Shown: positions 22,044 through 32,178 of the stretch, piece by piece
How the letters are laid out: each line of letters starts with the position of its first letter
Position numbering within the stretch: position 1 is the first letter of the stretch
From: an uncultured Acidimicrobiales bacterium
GTDB lineage: Bacteria; Actinomycetota; Acidimicrobiia; Acidimicrobiales; DATKAS01
Length of the DNA: 64,000 nt
Direction of reading: 5' to 3'
NCBI GenBank assembly: GCA_963708175.1
Contig: CAVPSD010000018.1
Coordinates: 7,935 to 71,934, forward strand
The notes under the pieces: generated by a model
The model's database searches: none
Told to the model about the DNA's origin: nothing
Seen by the model: only the letters and a program-made list of their open reading frames with translations
Program-made: the position numbers and the translations under genes

Positions 22044-24059
22044 CTACACGAGTTCGCGCAGCTCGCGCTTGAGATCGTGGATCTCGTCCCGGAGGCGGGC
22101 GGCGTACTCGAAGCGAAGGTCAGCCGACGCCTCCTTCATCTCCTCTTCCAGCGTTCGGATCAGCCGTGCGAGCTCGTCGTGCGGCAGCTCGGAGAGGTCG
22201 GAGCGGGTGCGGTCACGCGTGCGGGACCGGCGGTCGCGGCCGGGCATCGGCGCCCCTTCAGTGCCACGGAGGTGGGCCAGGATGTCGGTGACGGCCTTGC
22301 GGATCGTCTGTGGGTCGATGTTGTGCTCTTCGTTGTAGATCTGCTGCAGATGGCGGCGACGGTTGACCTCGGACATCGCACGGGTCATCGAGTCGGTGAC
22401 CGAGTCGGCGTACATGATCACCTGACCGTCGACGTTGCGAGCGGCGCGACCCATCGTCTGGATGAGCGAGGTCTGGCTGCGGAGGAAGCCCTCCTTGTCC
22501 GCGTCGAGGATCGCGACGAGCGAGACCTCGGGAAGGTCGAGGCCCTCGCGCAACAGGTTGATGCCGACGAGCACGTCGAACTCGCCGAGACGGAGATCCC
22601 GGAGGATCTCGATCCGCTGCACGGTGTCGACCTCGCTGTGGAGGTAGCGCACCCGCACGCCGAGCTCGAGGAGGTAGTCGGTGAGGTCCTCGGCCATCTT
22701 CTTGGTGAGCGTGGTGACGAGGACGCGCGCGCCCGCGATCACTCGCTGGTTGATCTGCTCGAGAAGGTCATCGATCTGGCCTTTGGTCGGCTTGATGACG
22801 ACTTCAGGGTCGACGAGGCCGGTCGGCCGCACGATCTGCTCGACGACCTGGCTCGACACCTCGAGCTCGTAGCGGGCGGGGGTCGCGGAGAGGAACACGA
22901 CTTGGTTGAGCCGCTCCATGACCTCCTCGAACCGGAGCGGCCGGTTGTCGCGCGCGCTCGGCAGCCTGAAGCCGTGGTCGACGAGCGTGTCCTTTCGGCT
23001 GCGATCGCCTTCGTACTGCGCGTGCAGCTGGGGCACCGCGACGTGGCTCTCGTCGATGACGAGGAGGAAGTCCTTCGGGAAGTAGTCGATCAGGGTGTAC
23101 GGCGGCTCGCCGTAGTGCCGGCCGTCGATGTGCATCGAGTAGTTCTCGATGCCGTTGCAGTAGCCGACCTCCTGGATCATCTCGAGGTCGTACTGCGTGC
23201 GCATGCGCAGCCGTTGGGCCTCGAGGAGCTTGCCGTTCGCCTCGAACCACGCGAGCCGCTCCTGCAGCTCGGCCTCGATGCCGATGACTGCCGTGCGCAT
23301 GATCTCATCGCCGGCGACGTAGTGCGTGGCCGGGAACACTATGAGCTCGGTCAGCTCGCTGATCTGCTCGCCCGTGAGCGGGTCGACGACCGTGATGCGT
23401 TCGATCTCGTCGCCGAAGAGCTCGATGCGCGTGACCGTCTCTTCGTACGCGGGATGCAGCTCGATGGTGTCGCCCCGCACCCGGAACCGACCGCGCCCGA
23501 GGGTGGCGTCGTTCCGCTCGTACTGCATGTCGACGAGCTGTCGGAGCATCGAACGTTGATCGCGCTCCTCGCCAACATGGGCGACGAAGAGCTTGCCGCG
23601 ATACTCGTCGGGGTTGCCCATCCCGTAGATGCACGACACCGAGGCCACGACGATCACGTCTCGACGCGTGAGGAGCGCGGCGGTGGCCGCGTGGCGCAGG
23701 CGGTCGATCTCGTCGTTGATCGAGCTGTCCTTCTCGATGTAGGTGTCACTCGACGGGATGTACGCCTCGGGCTGGTAGTAGTCGTAGTAGGAGACGAAGT
23801 ACTCGACTCGGTTGTGGGGGAAGAACTCTCGGAACTCGTTCGCGAGCTGCGCGGCGAGCGACTTGTTCGGCGCGAGCACGAGTGTCGGGCGCTGCACCTT
23901 CTCGATGGTCCAGGCGATGGTGGCGCTCTTGCCGCTGCCCGTGATGCCGAGGAGCGTCTGGAACCGATCGCCGCGCTCGATGCCCGCGGCGAGCTGCTCG
24001 ATGGCGTGGGGCTGGTCGCCGGCGGGCTCGAAGTCGGAGACGACCGAGAACGGAGGCAC
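22044..24059 (-). CDS. uvrB: Excinuclease ABC subunit B
   Basis: [37 protein letters not shown]-terminal UVR domain. Confidence 0.99.
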   Translation of the reverse strand: MPPFSVVSDFEPAGDQPHAIEQLAAGIERGDRFQTLLGITGSGKSATIAWTIEKVQRPTLVLAPNKSLAAQLANEFREFFPHNRVEYFVSYYDYYQPEAYIPSSDTYIEKDSSINDEIDRLRHAATAALLTRRDVIVVASVSCIYGMGNPDEYRGKLFVAHVGEERDQRSMLRQLVDMQYERNDATLGRGRFRVRGDTIELHPAYEETVTRIELFGDEIERITVVDPLTGEQISELTELIVFPATHYVAGDEIMRTAVIGIEAELQERLAWFEANGKLLEAQRLRMRTQYDLEMIQEVGYCNGIENYSMHIDGRHYGEPPYTLIDYFPKDFLLVIDESHVAVPQLHAQYEGDRSRKDTLVDHGFRLPSARDNRPLRFEEVMERLNQVVFLSATPARYELEVSSQVVEQIVRPTGLVDPEVVIKPTKGQIDDLLEQINQRVIAGARVLVTTLTKKMAEDLTDYLLELGVRVRYLHSEVDTVQRIEILRDLRLGEFDVLVGINLLREGLDLPEVSLVAILDADKEGFLRSQTSLIQTMGRAARNVDGQVIMYADSVTDSMTRAMSEVNRRRHLQQIYNEEHNIDPQTIRKAVTDILAHLRGTEGAPMPGRDRRSRTRDRTRSDLSELPHDELARLIRTLEEEMKEASADLRFEYAARLRDEIHDLKRELRELV

Positions 24060-24068
24060 TGATCGATG

Positions 24069-24689
24069 CTACCGAGGGGGTGTGACGGTCCCGCCCGGTG
24101 GCAGTGATCGGAGCTGACGCCACACCTCGTCGACACGGGCCTCGAGCGCCTCTCGATCCCCCGAGTTGTCGATGACGATGTCCGCTTTTGCGAGCCGCTC
24201 CTCGCGTTGCGCCTGCGCCGCGATGCGAGCGCGCGCATCTGCCTCTGACATGCCGCGTTGCTGGACCAGCCGCTCGATCGCGACCTCGGTCGGTGCGTCC
24301 ACCACGACCACCGCGGTCAACCCGCGACGACCGGTTTCGACGAGCAGCGGGACGTCGAGGACGACCACGTGGTCGGTGTCCGTCTCCGCGGCGATCCGGC
24401 GGGCGGTCTCCGCGCCGACTGCGGGGTGGACGATCTGGTTGAGATCCTTCAGGGCCGCCGGATCGTTGAAGACGATCGCGGCGAGCGCGGGCCGATCGAG
24501 GCGTCCGGCGTCGTCGAGCACCCCGGCACCGAATCGCTCGACGATCGCCGCGAGCACCGGTTGCCCCGGCTCTTGGAGCTGACGCGTGATGGCGTCGGCA
24601 TCGATGACCACCGCCCCGTGGGCGGCGAGCCGGGTCGACACCGTGGACTTGCCCGAACCGATGCCACCGGTGAGGCCGACGAGGATCAT
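24069..24689 (-). CDS. coaE: Dephospho-CoA kinase
   Basis: MILVGLTGGIGSGKSTVS, DAD, LDRPALA, VHP, DVPLLVE. Confidence 0.96.
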   Translation of the reverse strand: MILVGLTGGIGSGKSTVSTRLAAHGAVVIDADAITRQLQEPGQPVLAAIVERFGAGVLDDAGRLDRPALAAIVFNDPAALKDLNQIVHPAVGAETARRIAAETDTDHVVVLDVPLLVETGRRGLTAVVVVDAPTEVAIERLVQQRGMSEADARARIAAQAQREERLAKADIVIDNSGDREALEARVDEVWRQLRSLPPGGTVTPPR

Positions 24690-24702
24690 GACCGAACCGA
24701 GA

Positions 24703-25939
24703 TCACGACAGGGCGATCGGCTGCGCTCCGAGCAGCTCACGACCAACCGACCGCTCGCGCGCAGCGGCTGGCGTGCGGGCAAGAGCGCGCCATCCGACGG
24801 CCAGCAGCGCGACCAAGGCCAGGTTGCGGCTCATGAGCATCAGGTGTCCCAGTGGTTGGCCCGAGACGACGGCGGAGTAGTGGGCATACATCACCGACGT
24901 CATCGCGGTGGTGAGGAACGTGAGCGCGCCGAGTGCGACGGCGCTTGCCTTGCTCGCGGCGGTCGGCACGCTCGCGATCGCGGCCCACGGGAGGAGCCAG
25001 AGCATGAACTGCGGCGACAGCAGAGGCGAGCAGACGAGCAGTGCGGAAACGGCAACGAGCGGCGCGACACCGAAGACGACGCGCTCGTCGTCCCGTTCCC
25101 GGTCGGCGCGCAGCCAGACGAGCGTGACCAGCAGGATTGCGAGGAGGCCGAGCACGCCCGACGCCGCGGGAGGCGCGTAGCCGACGCGAGCTGCTCCGTT
25201 GACGAGCTGAGGTGTCGAGCCCGAAAGCGCGTGCCAGCCACCGCCGATGAGTGACTCCACGTGCCATGCGTCGGCGCCTCGGAACGTGAGCACCTGGAAC
25301 GGACCCCCGAGCCCTCCCCAGGTGAGCCACGCGAACGCGCCGATGGAGGTGGCAACCGTCCACGCGCCGATTCGCGCGTGACTGCCGTCGCACGAGGAGG
25401 ATGGGAGCGACGGTGATCGGCCACACCTTGGCGAACAGCGAGAGGGCGAGGGCCACGCCTCCGGTGGTCGAGGCGCTCTTCTTCAAGGCTGCCACGCCCA
25501 CGACCGCCAACGCGCTCGCCAGCATGTCGGTGCGAACGAAGACGAAGGGAAATGCGACCAACGGAAGGCTGAGAACGAGGTAGCCGAGCACGACCTTGCG
25601 GCCCCAGCCCCACGCGAGGGCGCCGACCATCAGCAGCTCGAACGCGAGCTGTGACCAGGCGAGGCGGTGCAACGTGTCGGGAGCGGAAGAGCCGCCCACG
25701 GCCTTCAGCTCGGCGAGCACGAGCGGCGGGTACTCGACTGCGAAGTCGCGGTAGGGGCGCCCCTCTGCTTGCGCGAGCTCGACCGTGCGGCCGATGTCGG
25801 CGTAGTACGCGGTCTGCCGCTCGGTCCCGTCCGACGGTCCGACGCCGGAAAGGGCCAGCCCAGCGATGAGGTGACAGGCCAGAAGCATGCAAATGGACGC
25901 GCCAATGAGGAACGCGCCAGCCCGCCCTCGCCTCGCCAC
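24703..25939 (-). CDS. GT87-like (GT-C) membrane glycosyltransferase, frameshift near 25371
   Basis: PYRDFAVEYPPL, KVWP, HVES, LSPQFMLWL; removing one base joins the two ORFs. Confidence 0.7.
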
Positions 25940-26113
25940 GGGCCGATGATGCCACGGGTGCCGCCACGACGCCCAGGCCGCCCACAGGAAATCCTCACTG
26001 AATCACGGCTCTCGACGCGCCGACCATTTACCCTGAGGCGGCGCCTTTCGCGGGCCGCCGATCGACCATCGACAGCCGAGTGAAAGCCCCAAGTGAAAGG
26101 CGAGGAGGTGCAG

Positions 26114-27982
26114 ATGGCGTTGCGGGCTCGTCCGGACCGCAGCGAACCTGCGGCGGCTGACGACGAGACCGGTACCGGCAACCAGACCGGTACCGGCCAG
26201 ACCGGTACCGGCCAGACCAGCACCGGCCGCGAGACCGGTACCGGCGAGGACGCTGTCACCACCTCGGTCACCACCCCGGCCCCGGCTGAGGTCGACACGT
26301 CCAGCATCTGGGCGTTCGGGGCTCGCTCGACGTGGGCACGCGACCGCCGACGACTCCCCGACCTGCGGGTCGCGGCACTCACCCCTCCGGTCATCGCGAT
26401 CCGATGGGGTGCGCTCGCCGTCGGCTTCGCGCTCGCCTCCGCCGACGTCGCCGACGGAGACACCCGGATCATCGCGTTCGGCGCCGTCATCCTGGCGTAC
26501 GCCGTCTTCCGCACCCTGCGGCCCATCCGGTACGAGGAAGGCCCCGGCACGATCTGGGGCGTCCTGGCCGAGCTCGGCCTCTGCGTGGTGGTCGTCTGCG
26601 GTACGGGCTACTGGGAGTCGCCGTTCGTCTTCTCTCTGATGACCGCCGTGATCGCCGCGGGCTTCGCCCGGGGGTTCACGTTCGCGATCAACTGCGCTCT
26701 CGGGTCCGCTGCTGCGGTCGCGGTGCCGTACATGCTGAGTTCACAGGACGACCAGGCCCTGCGCCGGTCCGCCCAGTGGGCCTTCCTGCTCCTCCTCGTG
26801 GCGATGGTCGCGGGCTATGCCCGCCGGATCTTCACCGAGTCCGAGCGCCAGCAGTCCCTTGCCCTCGACCGCCTTGGCCGCCTCACCGAGGCCAACGAGC
26901 TGCTCGAATCGCTCCACCGCGTCACCCAGTCGTTGCCGGCCTCTCTGGACCTCGACGACGTCCTCGACTCCACGATGATCCGGCTCCACGACCTGATGGA
27001 GTGCGACGCCTCCGCCCTGATCCTTTTCGACGAGACCGACTCCACCTGGGTGGCCGTGCGGCGCGACGGCGTGAAGGTGCCGTCGCCGCTTCCCACGCAC
27101 CGGCTGCCTCCCCCGCTGCGCCGTGCCATGGCGTCCACGACGGCCCTGACCGAGCCGAACCTGCTCGAAGCCGGGGGACCCGGCCTGTCCCCGAGCGCGG
27201 GGTCGGGCATGTACTCGGCGTTGCGGGCCCGCGGCTCCCTGATCGGCCTGATCTCGGTCGAACGGACCAAGGACGACGCCTTCACCCCCCGGGACCTCGA
27301 GCTGCTGAATCGATTCGTCGAGCCCGCGGCCCTCGCCGTAGACAACGCCCGTTGGTTCAACCGGCTCCGCACGGTCGGCGCCGACGAGGAGCGCACCCGC
27401 ATCGCCCGCGACCTCCACGACCGCATCGGCCAGTCCCTCGCCTACCTCGCCTTCGAGCTCGATCGCATCGTGCGGGCGGCCGACAAGGGCGAGAGCGTCC
27501 GCGAGCCGCTCGACCACCTCCGCCACGACGTCCGGGGCGTGATCGGCGAGGTGCGCGACACGCTGTACGACCTGCGCACCGATGTCACCGAGGTGCAAGA
27601 CATGACCTCGACGTTGAAGCAGTTCCTCGAGCGGGTCTCGGAGCGGAGCGGGCTCCGGGTGACGCTGCGCACAGAGGAACGCGGCCGCCTCCCGCTCCTC
27701 CAGGAGCGAGAGATCTGGCGGATCACCAAAGAGGCCGTGGCCAACGTCGAAAAGCACGCCCGGGCGTCGCAGCTCGCGATCACGTGGCGGTGCGACGGCC
27801 GCCGGGCCGAGCTCGTCGTCTCAGACGACGGAGTCGGCCTCGGCAAGGGCCAGCCTGCGCGGCTCGACTCCTACGGCATCATCGGGATGCGTGAGCGGGC
27901 CGCGAGCATCGGCGCCCGTCTCGACTTCGACGCGAATCCCGGCGGGGGCACGGCGGTGCGGGTCTGGCTCGACCCCGAATGA
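26114..27982 (+). CDS. Membrane sensor histidine kinase (about 6 TM, GAF, HisKA_3, HATPase)
   Basis: ERTRIARDLHDRIGQSL, EAVANVEKHA, VSDDGVG, YGIIGMRERA; SD GAGGAGG before ATG 26114. Confidence 0.92.
   Translation: MALRARPDRSEPAAADDETGTGNQTGTGQTGTGQTSTGRETGTGEDAVTTSVTTPAPAEVDTSSIWAFGARSTWARDRRRLPDLRVAALTPPVIAIRWGALAVGFALASADVADGDTRIIAFGAVILAYAVFRTLRPIRYEEGPGTIWGVLAELGLCVVVVCGTGYWESPFVFSLMTAVIAAGFARGFTFAINCALGSAAAVAVPYMLSSQDDQALRRSAQWAFLLLLVAMVAGYARRIFTESERQQSLALDRLGRLTEANELLESLHRVTQSLPASLDLDDVLDSTMIRLHDLMECDASALILFDETDSTWVAVRRDGVKVPSPLPTHRLPPPLRRAMASTTALTEPNLLEAGGPGLSPSAGSGMYSALRARGSLIGLISVERTKDDAFTPRDLELLNRFVEPAALAVDNARWFNRLRTVGADEERTRIARDLHDRIGQSLAYLAFELDRIVRAADKGESVREPLDHLRHDVRGVIGEVRDTLYDLRTDVTEVQDMTSTLKQFLERVSERSGLRVTLRTEERGRLPLLQEREIWRITKEAVANVEKHARASQLAITWRCDGRRAELVVSDDGVGLGKGQPARLDSYGIIGMRERAASIGARLDFDANPGGGTAVRVWLDPE
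26165..26245 (+). repeat. Five in-frame 15-bp repeats (consensus SAGACCGGTACCGGC) encoding (E/Q)TGTG
   Basis: Units start at 26165, 26183, 26198, 26213 (degenerate) and 26231. Confidence 0.9.
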
Positions 27983-27995
27983 GGGAGGCACGGAC

Positions 27996-28673
27996 ATGAG
28001 CACGGGCACAGGGAACGACGCGCCGGAGACGATCCGGCTGATGCTGGTCGATGACCACAAGATGCTGCGGGAGGGCCTGCGGCGCTCGATGATCGACGAG
28101 GGCTTCGACGTGGTGGGCGAAGCAGCCGACGGCGAGGAAGCGATCCGCCTGGCGAACGAGCTCGGCCCAGACGTGATCCTGATGGACGTGTCGATGCCGC
28201 AGATCGACGGTGTGGAGGCGACGCGCCGCATCCGCAACGAGCACCCCGACGCCCGGATCGTGATGCTCACCATGCACGCCGACCACTCGGTGCTCACCGA
28301 CGCGATACGGGCGGGAGCGGTGGGGTACTTGGTCAAGGACTGCTCAGTCGACGAGGTCGCGGCCACCGTGCGGCAGGCGGCCAGCGGAGAGACCGCCCTG
28401 TCACAAGACCTGGCGGCATCGATGCTCGACGAGGTCCACAAGATCGACACGCCCGCGACCCGGGAAGAGGACCGGCTCATCACCAAGCGGGAAGAAGAGG
28501 TGCTGCAGCTGATCGCTGACGGCTGCTCGACCCCGGAAGTCGCGGGAAGGCTCTACATCAGCCAGAAGACCGTGAAAAACCACCTGGCGTCCATTTACGA
28601 GAAGCTCGACGCCCGGGATCGCACCCAAGCGGTGCTCCAAGCCGTCCGAATGGGGATTGTTCACCTGCGGTAG
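27996..28673 (+). CDS. NarL/LuxR-family response regulator
   Basis: LVDDH, DVILMDVSMP (phospho-Asp intact), ITKREEEVL, ISQKTVKNH; SD GGAGG. Confidence 0.95.
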   Translation: MSTGTGNDAPETIRLMLVDDHKMLREGLRRSMIDEGFDVVGEAADGEEAIRLANELGPDVILMDVSMPQIDGVEATRRIRNEHPDARIVMLTMHADHSVLTDAIRAGAVGYLVKDCSVDEVAATVRQAASGETALSQDLAASMLDEVHKIDTPATREEDRLITKREEEVLQLIADGCSTPEVAGRLYISQKTVKNHLASIYEKLDARDRTQAVLQAVRMGIVHLR

Positions 28674-28714
28674 TCCGTTGGTCCCACTCCGTGAATTTGG
28701 GCCGATCGTCCTAT
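28670..28714. promoter_or_regulatory. Two 18-bp imperfect palindromes, putative response-regulator boxes upstream of the pilin array
   Basis: GTAGTCCGTTGGTCCCAC (28670-28687) and TTGGGCCGATCGTCCTAT (28697-28714) resemble the boxes at 37829-37872. Confidence 0.5.
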
Positions 28715-28742
28715 TCATAGAGCGTGTGCTGCCGACCGATAC
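28714..28742 (+). promoter_or_regulatory. Putative FliA/WhiG-type promoter of the flp array
   Basis: TTCA-N17-ACCGATAC. Confidence 0.4.
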
Positions 28743-28806
28743 TTGAGTGCACAGGAAGCGCCAGCATCCTGGCTCATAACAGCCCAATTCCCGACGGGAG
28801 AGATTA

Positions 28807-29013
28807 ATGAACCTGAAGACCCAGTGGGACTTCTTCGCCTCGTGGATGCGTGCCCGCTTCGCTGACAGCGATCGTGGTGCGACCATGGTGGAGTACGCCC
28901 TGATGGTTGCCCTCATCGCAGTGGTGTGCATCGCCGCTGTGTCCCTCATCGGCAACAACGCGAACACGAAGTTCAGCACGGTCGGCAACTCGATCGGCGG
29001 CGCAGGCAGCTGA
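28807..29013 (+). CDS. flp: Flp type IVb/c pilin 1 (probable major pilin)
   Basis: DRG|ATMVEYALMVALIAVVCI Flp motif. Confidence 0.95.
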   Translation: MNLKTQWDFFASWMRARFADSDRGATMVEYALMVALIAVVCIAAVSLIGNNANTKFSTVGNSIGGAGS

Positions 29014-29038
29014 GCGATTGCTCAGCGCTGGAGTTCTG

Positions 29039-29067
29039 AGAGGGCGGGCCTGCTGGGCCCGCCCTCT
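29039..29067 (+). terminator. 12-bp GC stem-loop between pilin 1 and pilin 2 (terminator or stability hairpin)
   Basis: AGAGGGCGGGCC-TGCTG-GGCCCGCCCTCT; weak U tail. Confidence 0.7.
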
Positions 29068-29110
29068 GCTCCTCCCCACTTCCCCCAAGAAGAGAAGGTT
29101 GGTTTCTGAC

Positions 29111-29284
29111 ATGAATGCACCGGCCCGCCGACTCCGGGGCGATGAAGGCGCAACCATGGTCGAGTACGCCCTGATGGTGGCTCTGATCGCTGTCGTCTGC
29201 ATCGCTGCCGTGACGCTCATCGGCAACAACGCGAAGACCAAGTTCAGCACGGTCGGCTCGTCTATCGGCGGCGCAGGCAGCTGA
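29111..29284 (+). CDS. flp: Flp pilin 2
   Basis: MNAPARRLRGDEG|ATMVEYALMV; mature part differs from pilin 1 at three residues. Confidence 0.93.
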   Translation: MNAPARRLRGDEGATMVEYALMVALIAVVCIAAVTLIGNNAKTKFSTVGSSIGGAGS

Positions 29285-29448
29285 TGGCCACTCCACGCTG
29301 CCGAGGTGACGAGGGCGCGACGATGGTCGAGTACGCCCTGATGGTCGCTCTGATCGCAGTCGTCTGCATCGGATCGATCGGGCTCCTCGGGAACGTGGCC
29401 CAGTCAAAGTTCAGCATCGTTGGCAGCAACATCGGCTCGGCCAGCTGA
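29284..29448 (+). CDS. flp: Flp pilin 3 (54 aa, absent from the ORF track)
   Basis: Manual translation MATPRCRGDEG|ATMVEYALMVALIAVVCIGSIGLLGNVAQSKFSIVGSNIGSAS*; TGATG coupling with pilin 2. Confidence 0.92.
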   Translation: MATPRCRGDEGATMVEYALMVALIAVVCIGSIGLLGNVAQSKFSIVGSNIGSAS

Positions 29449-29478
29449 GTGGCCGGCGATCTCCGGCGGAGGTTCGAA

Positions 29479-29652
29479 ATGCGAGCACAATCGGTGAAGC
29501 GGTTTCACGGCGACGAGGGCGCGACGATGGTCGAGTACTGCCTCATGGTCGGCTTGATCGCGATGGTGTGCTTCCTCGCCGTGCAGTACCTGGGCAACCG
29601 GACAAACGGCGGCTACACGACGTTCAACAGCTCGCTCACGGCAGCGAGCTGA
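29479..29652 (+). CDS. flp: Flp pilin 4 (divergent)
   Basis: MRAQSVKRFHGDEG|ATMVEYCLMVGLIAMVC; SD GGAGG. Confidence 0.9.
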   Translation: MRAQSVKRFHGDEGATMVEYCLMVGLIAMVCFLAVQYLGNRTNGGYTTFNSSLTAAS

Positions 29653-29702
29653 TCCCTCGAGACCGGTCGCCGGCGGGCGCAGCCCGCCGGATCGGTGCTT
29701 TC

Positions 29703-29739
29703 CCCCCGGTGCTTCGTGCCCCGGGGGTTCCTCTTTTTT
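29703..29739 (+). terminator. Intrinsic terminator after the pilin array
   Basis: CCCCCGG...CCGGGGG stem followed by TTCCTCTTTTTT. Confidence 0.65.
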
Positions 29740-29782
29740 CGGCGCCGTTGCGTTCCGTTCCGTCGCCGCCCTTGTCCGGACC

Positions 29783-31249
29783 TCAGCGCGAGGCGTGACG
29801 GCGCACGGCGACGATCCACCCCGGATCGCTGTACCGCAGCTGCCAGTCGGGTGACTCGGTGAGCACGACTGACAGGGGGTACCCGCGCTGCCAGACGACG
29901 GTCTGGATGTCGTGGCGGTCGAGCACTTCCTTCCAGTGCTGGGTCCCCGCCAAGAGGGTCACGTAGTCGTCGGCGGTCTGCTTGTCGAACACCTCGGCGC
30001 GATCGTCGACGAACACGTCGCCGATCGGGCCGTCGAGGTACTCCCGGAGGTTTCCGACGAAGTCCTGCGCCAGCAGGCGCCCCTGGCTGCCATCCGGGGG
30101 GGGCACCAGGCCCTCGTCGCGAGCGAAGGCGAGCGCCTGCACGGGATAGGACCGCAGGTCGAGGCTCGGTTGCCCCACCGGTGTCACGAGCGTCGCGAAG
30201 CAAAGCACCACGAGCGCCGCGGCACCCGCCCAGGCGACGATCGGTGACGAGAGCCTCGCATCGGCCTTCAGGTCGCCGAGCCCCTTCAGGCTCGGCGCCA
30301 TCGCCGCGGTGAGCACGAGGCTGGCGACGAGGATGTTCCGGGCGCTGTACAGGGCCGCCGGGATCAGCACGATCATCGGCAACGCCAGCCGCCAGCTCGG
30401 ACGGCGGACGAGCACGAAGATGGCGGCGGCGATCTGGACGAGGAAGAGCTGCTGCCACAGGGCGTCGAAGGTCGGCGCCTTCCACTCGATGATGTTGCGC
30501 AGGACGTCGCTGCGCTGGAGCAGAAGGACGGGGAAGACGAGGAGCTTCGGCCCGTAGGGGTTGATGGCGCCTGCCACGACGCCGACGGTCGCCCACAGGA
30601 GGCAACGCCACTCAGTGGTGCCCTCTTCGCGGTCCAGGCGGCGCCCGAGCCACAGGAGTCCGAGCGCGACCAAGCCGAGGGGGAACGATCCGTGGGCGTT
30701 CACCCAGACATACATGACGGGCACGAGCCACCGCGGGTCGAGCCCGCCATCCGCGGCGATCAGCAGGATCCCGAGCAGGACGAGGCCGATCATGAGTGGG
30801 CGCGGCGCCCACGCACTGGCACCGACCCCGAGGGTCAGTGCCACGAGCGCCAACCGAGCGATGAACCCATCGGCGGGACGCGCCAGGCGCACGATCAGGA
30901 GCGCCAGGACCGCGGTGAGCACACCCTGCAACCCCACGATCGCTCCGATGCCCCATGCCTTGATCAGCGCCCAATACAGCGTGGAGGCGAGCCAGCTCTG
31001 GACCACCCAGGAGGCGGCGTGCGGGGTGAACAGGTAGGGGTCGGCGCGCGGAAACCCGGTGTCGAAGATGATCCGGCCTGTCGCGATGTGCGTGAGAGTG
31101 CTGTTGTCTCGTACGGGCTGCAGCCCGAGGAAGATCCCCCACGCGAGCGCGAACAGCCAGATGAAGGTCCCGAGGGTCGGCTGCCACCGAGGCCTGGAAG
31201 CCGCCGCGTCAGCCTCGGCAGCCGTGGCCGGCTGGAGCTCGGTGGCCAT
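29783..31249 (-). CDS. Polytopic membrane protein at the end of the Tad operon, putative GT-C/oligosaccharyltransferase-like
   Basis: D..LTHIATG...DPYLFT...W...SWL loop, RP, WVNAHGSF, IIEW, VFVDDR; function inferred. Confidence 0.6.
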   Translation of the reverse strand: MATELQPATAAEADAAASRPRWQPTLGTFIWLFALAWGIFLGLQPVRDNSTLTHIATGRIIFDTGFPRADPYLFTPHAASWVVQSWLASTLYWALIKAWGIGAIVGLQGVLTAVLALLIVRLARPADGFIARLALVALTLGVGASAWAPRPLMIGLVLLGILLIAADGGLDPRWLVPVMYVWVNAHGSFPLGLVALGLLWLGRRLDREEGTTEWRCLLWATVGVVAGAINPYGPKLLVFPVLLLQRSDVLRNIIEWKAPTFDALWQQLFLVQIAAAIFVLVRRPSWRLALPMIVLIPAALYSARNILVASLVLTAAMAPSLKGLGDLKADARLSSPIVAWAGAAALVVLCFATLVTPVGQPSLDLRSYPVQALAFARDEGLVPPPDGSQGRLLAQDFVGNLREYLDGPIGDVFVDDRAEVFDKQTADDYVTLLAGTQHWKEVLDRHDIQTVVWQRGYPLSVVLTESPDWQLRYSDPGWIVAVRRHASR

Positions 31250-31264
31250 GAGACGAGAGGTTCG

Positions 31265-32176
31265 TCAGAAGGAGTTGACGATGTTGATGACCGCGGGGGC
31301 GAGCACCACGATGAAGATCGACGGGAAGATGCACAGCACCATCGGCACCAGCATCTTCACCGGGGCCTTCATCGCCTTCTCCTGGGCGAGCTGACGGCGC
31401 TTGATGCGCATCTCGTCCGCCTGCGTGCGGAGCACGCGTCCGATCGAAACGCCGAAGGTGTCGGCCTGAAGGATCGCGAGGACGAACGAGCGCATCTCCG
31501 GCACGTCGCAGCGCCGCTCGAGCGCGCGCAACGACTCAGCCCGGGAAGCACCGGCGCGGATCTCGCCGAGCATGCGGGTGAACTCCTGGGCCAGCGGGCC
31601 CGGCACAGCTGACGTGGTGCGGTCGAGCGCCTGCTCGAAGCCGAGACCGGCCTCGACGCTGATCACGAGGAGGTCGAGCATGTCAGGCAGCTTCGTGCGG
31701 ATCTGCCACTGCCGATCGGCGACCTTGCGGTTGAGCATCGCGTCAGGACCGAGAACGAGCAGCAGGACTGCGAGCCCGATGACCGCGAGCCGGATCAGAC
31801 CCTCGATGGGCGCGAACTTGTAGACGACGAAGATGACGATCGGCACGAGCGCGATCGTGACGACGCGCACGGCGAGGAAGCGGTCCACGTCGTCGTTGCC
31901 GTGAGTGCCCAGCGTCGAGAACTTCTGGCGGACGTTCTCCAGGTAGCCGTGCGGAGTGAAGCGCCGGCCGATCGCGGTCAGGCCCTTCATCACCGGTGCG
32001 ACCGCGCGCTCCTTGAGCGGGTTGAGCAGCTCTTGATCGCGGACGTTCTCGACTTCGTAGTCCTCGAGCTGACGCAGCGAGCTGCGGACGACCACGCGCT
32101 CCTGCGCCTGTGAGAGGAGGGCATAGACGACGAGCGCGATGCCCGCCCCGATGCCGATGACTGCGAACGTGAGCAT
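31265..32176 (-). CDS. tadC: Tad assembly protein TadC (T2SSF family)
   Basis: LPDMLDLLVISVEAGLGFEQAL, QADTFG, KAPVKMLVP. Confidence 0.9.
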   Translation of the reverse strand: MLTFAVIGIGAGIALVVYALLSQAQERVVVRSSLRQLEDYEVENVRDQELLNPLKERAVAPVMKGLTAIGRRFTPHGYLENVRQKFSTLGTHGNDDVDRFLAVRVVTIALVPIVIFVVYKFAPIEGLIRLAVIGLAVLLLVLGPDAMLNRKVADRQWQIRTKLPDMLDLLVISVEAGLGFEQALDRTTSAVPGPLAQEFTRMLGEIRAGASRAESLRALERRCDVPEMRSFVLAILQADTFGVSIGRVLRTQADEMRIKRRQLAQEKAMKAPVKMLVPMVLCIFPSIFIVVLAPAVINIVNSF

Positions 32177-32178
32177 CG

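Noticed and set aside
26165-26245. Palindromic repeats as a CRISPR array
   Set aside because: 15-bp units with 0-3-nt spacers, in frame within a kinase gene, and no cas genes
28870-29580. Regularly spaced repeats as a CRISPR or DGR cassette
   Set aside because: They are the conserved 5' coding parts of four flp genes; no reverse transcriptase, recombinase or cas gene is in the window
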